The position numbers and the translations under genes were made by a program. From contig CAXUUL010000083.1 of NCBI GenBank assembly GCA_964255285.1, forward strand, positions 1-34,794: a stretch of DNA of 34,794 bases, in the 5' to 3' direction. Positions 33,922-34,794 of the stretch are shown piece by piece. Each line of letters starts with the position of its first letter. The stretch's first letter is position 1. Below the pieces are notes generated by a model, which made no database searches, had not been told where the DNA came from, and saw only the letters and a program-made list of their open reading frames with translations. The DNA is from Ionaspis alba (taxonomy: Eukaryota).

Positions 33922-34794
33922 TGCCGAGTCGTTCGAGGGGAGCCCCTGACCTTCTCAGATGCTGCTCAAGTTATAGAAGTTGGGGAAATGTTTTGTTTCT
34001 TCGCGGGTAGCAAGCAGGATAGGAAGGCCGAACGAGGATTTTGGGACGTAGGCAAAGATCTTGTGGCTAATGCCGGTGGTGAAGCTGAAAAGTGAAGGCA
34101 GACAGAATGAGGTTGGGAAGAACGGCTAGCACTATGAAGAAAAGGTTACCACTGCGATCGAGGAGTGTGGACAATTGGAGTACTGCGTAGCAGCTTGCGG
34201 GTGGGAACAGGAGGCAGAGGGTGACAAGGATAGGGGATGAGTATTATTGTTGTTATTACTACGTGAAGGTGCGGGCGCGAGATGGGAAGCTGAGAGCAAG
34301 AAAAGGACGATGCGCCAAGGATGTGAAAGCCTGTTTATTGCGGTGTCCACGCAGTATAATAATGCTGGTTGCGCTGGTATGATTTCAACAGTTGTTACAA
34401 CGTTAGAGGCTGAAACGGGAACTACGTCTCGGCGGACACAAACTCTCCCCTGTTCGCAAATCGACAAGAGTCCGGGATTGGATCCATCTCATCACACTAA
34501 AGCAAAACCAAATTTCATCGTACGAGCCTAGCCAGTAACAATTAACAAGCATATCTTACCACGCTAGTGTAACACAGTATGCCCTGTCCGCTGTCTGTAT
34601 CGCTTTCCTCCCTCCAATTAGAAGATTTGGCCAGAGTAGACTCGTTCTCGGGTGTCTAATCTTACGACTTTGGCCACCTGAGCATGATGATGTATCTCAT
34701 CAAACTCCGACCAGCTGTACTGTAGGTGTTCTTCGAGTCCGATTGTCTCGTGCCTTTACGGGAATGTCGATCTGATCACCGAGGGTGTAGGCAC

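Overview
Gene-dense stretch of a filamentous ascomycete (Pezizomycotina) nuclear chromosome, with short spliceosomal introns and CTRAY-type branch points. The first ~560 bp are AT-rich and look like a RIP-degraded repeat edge. I reconstructed 15 protein-coding genes by hand, with 36 introns in their coding regions: TTI1, eIF5/TIF5, THI6, twinfilin, the SFC1 carrier, DHFR, a pinin-domain protein, an epoxide hydrolase, RDS3/PHF5A, PEX26, a secreted DUF4185-like protein with an in-frame TGA, an Arg/Pro-rich orphan, a Pho80/PCL cyclin, an Xaa-Pro aminopeptidase and a CAX-family exchanger. I saw no tRNA, rRNA, CRISPR array, intact transposon or secondary-metabolite cluster. The most interesting signals are post-transcriptional or regulatory: (i) an in-frame TGA that also forms a branch point for an in-frame alternative acceptor that would splice the stop out; (ii) poor-context uAUGs in the eIF5 leader, possibly inside a leader intron; (iii) three GC-AG introns among 36, plus many degenerate splice sites; (iv) clusters of FarA/FarB-type CCGAGG sites upstream of SFC1 and of an epoxide hydrolase with a PTS1-like end; (v) a CAX exchanger with non-canonical ion-binding motifs. 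All calls are from reading the sequence by eye; no database searches were run.
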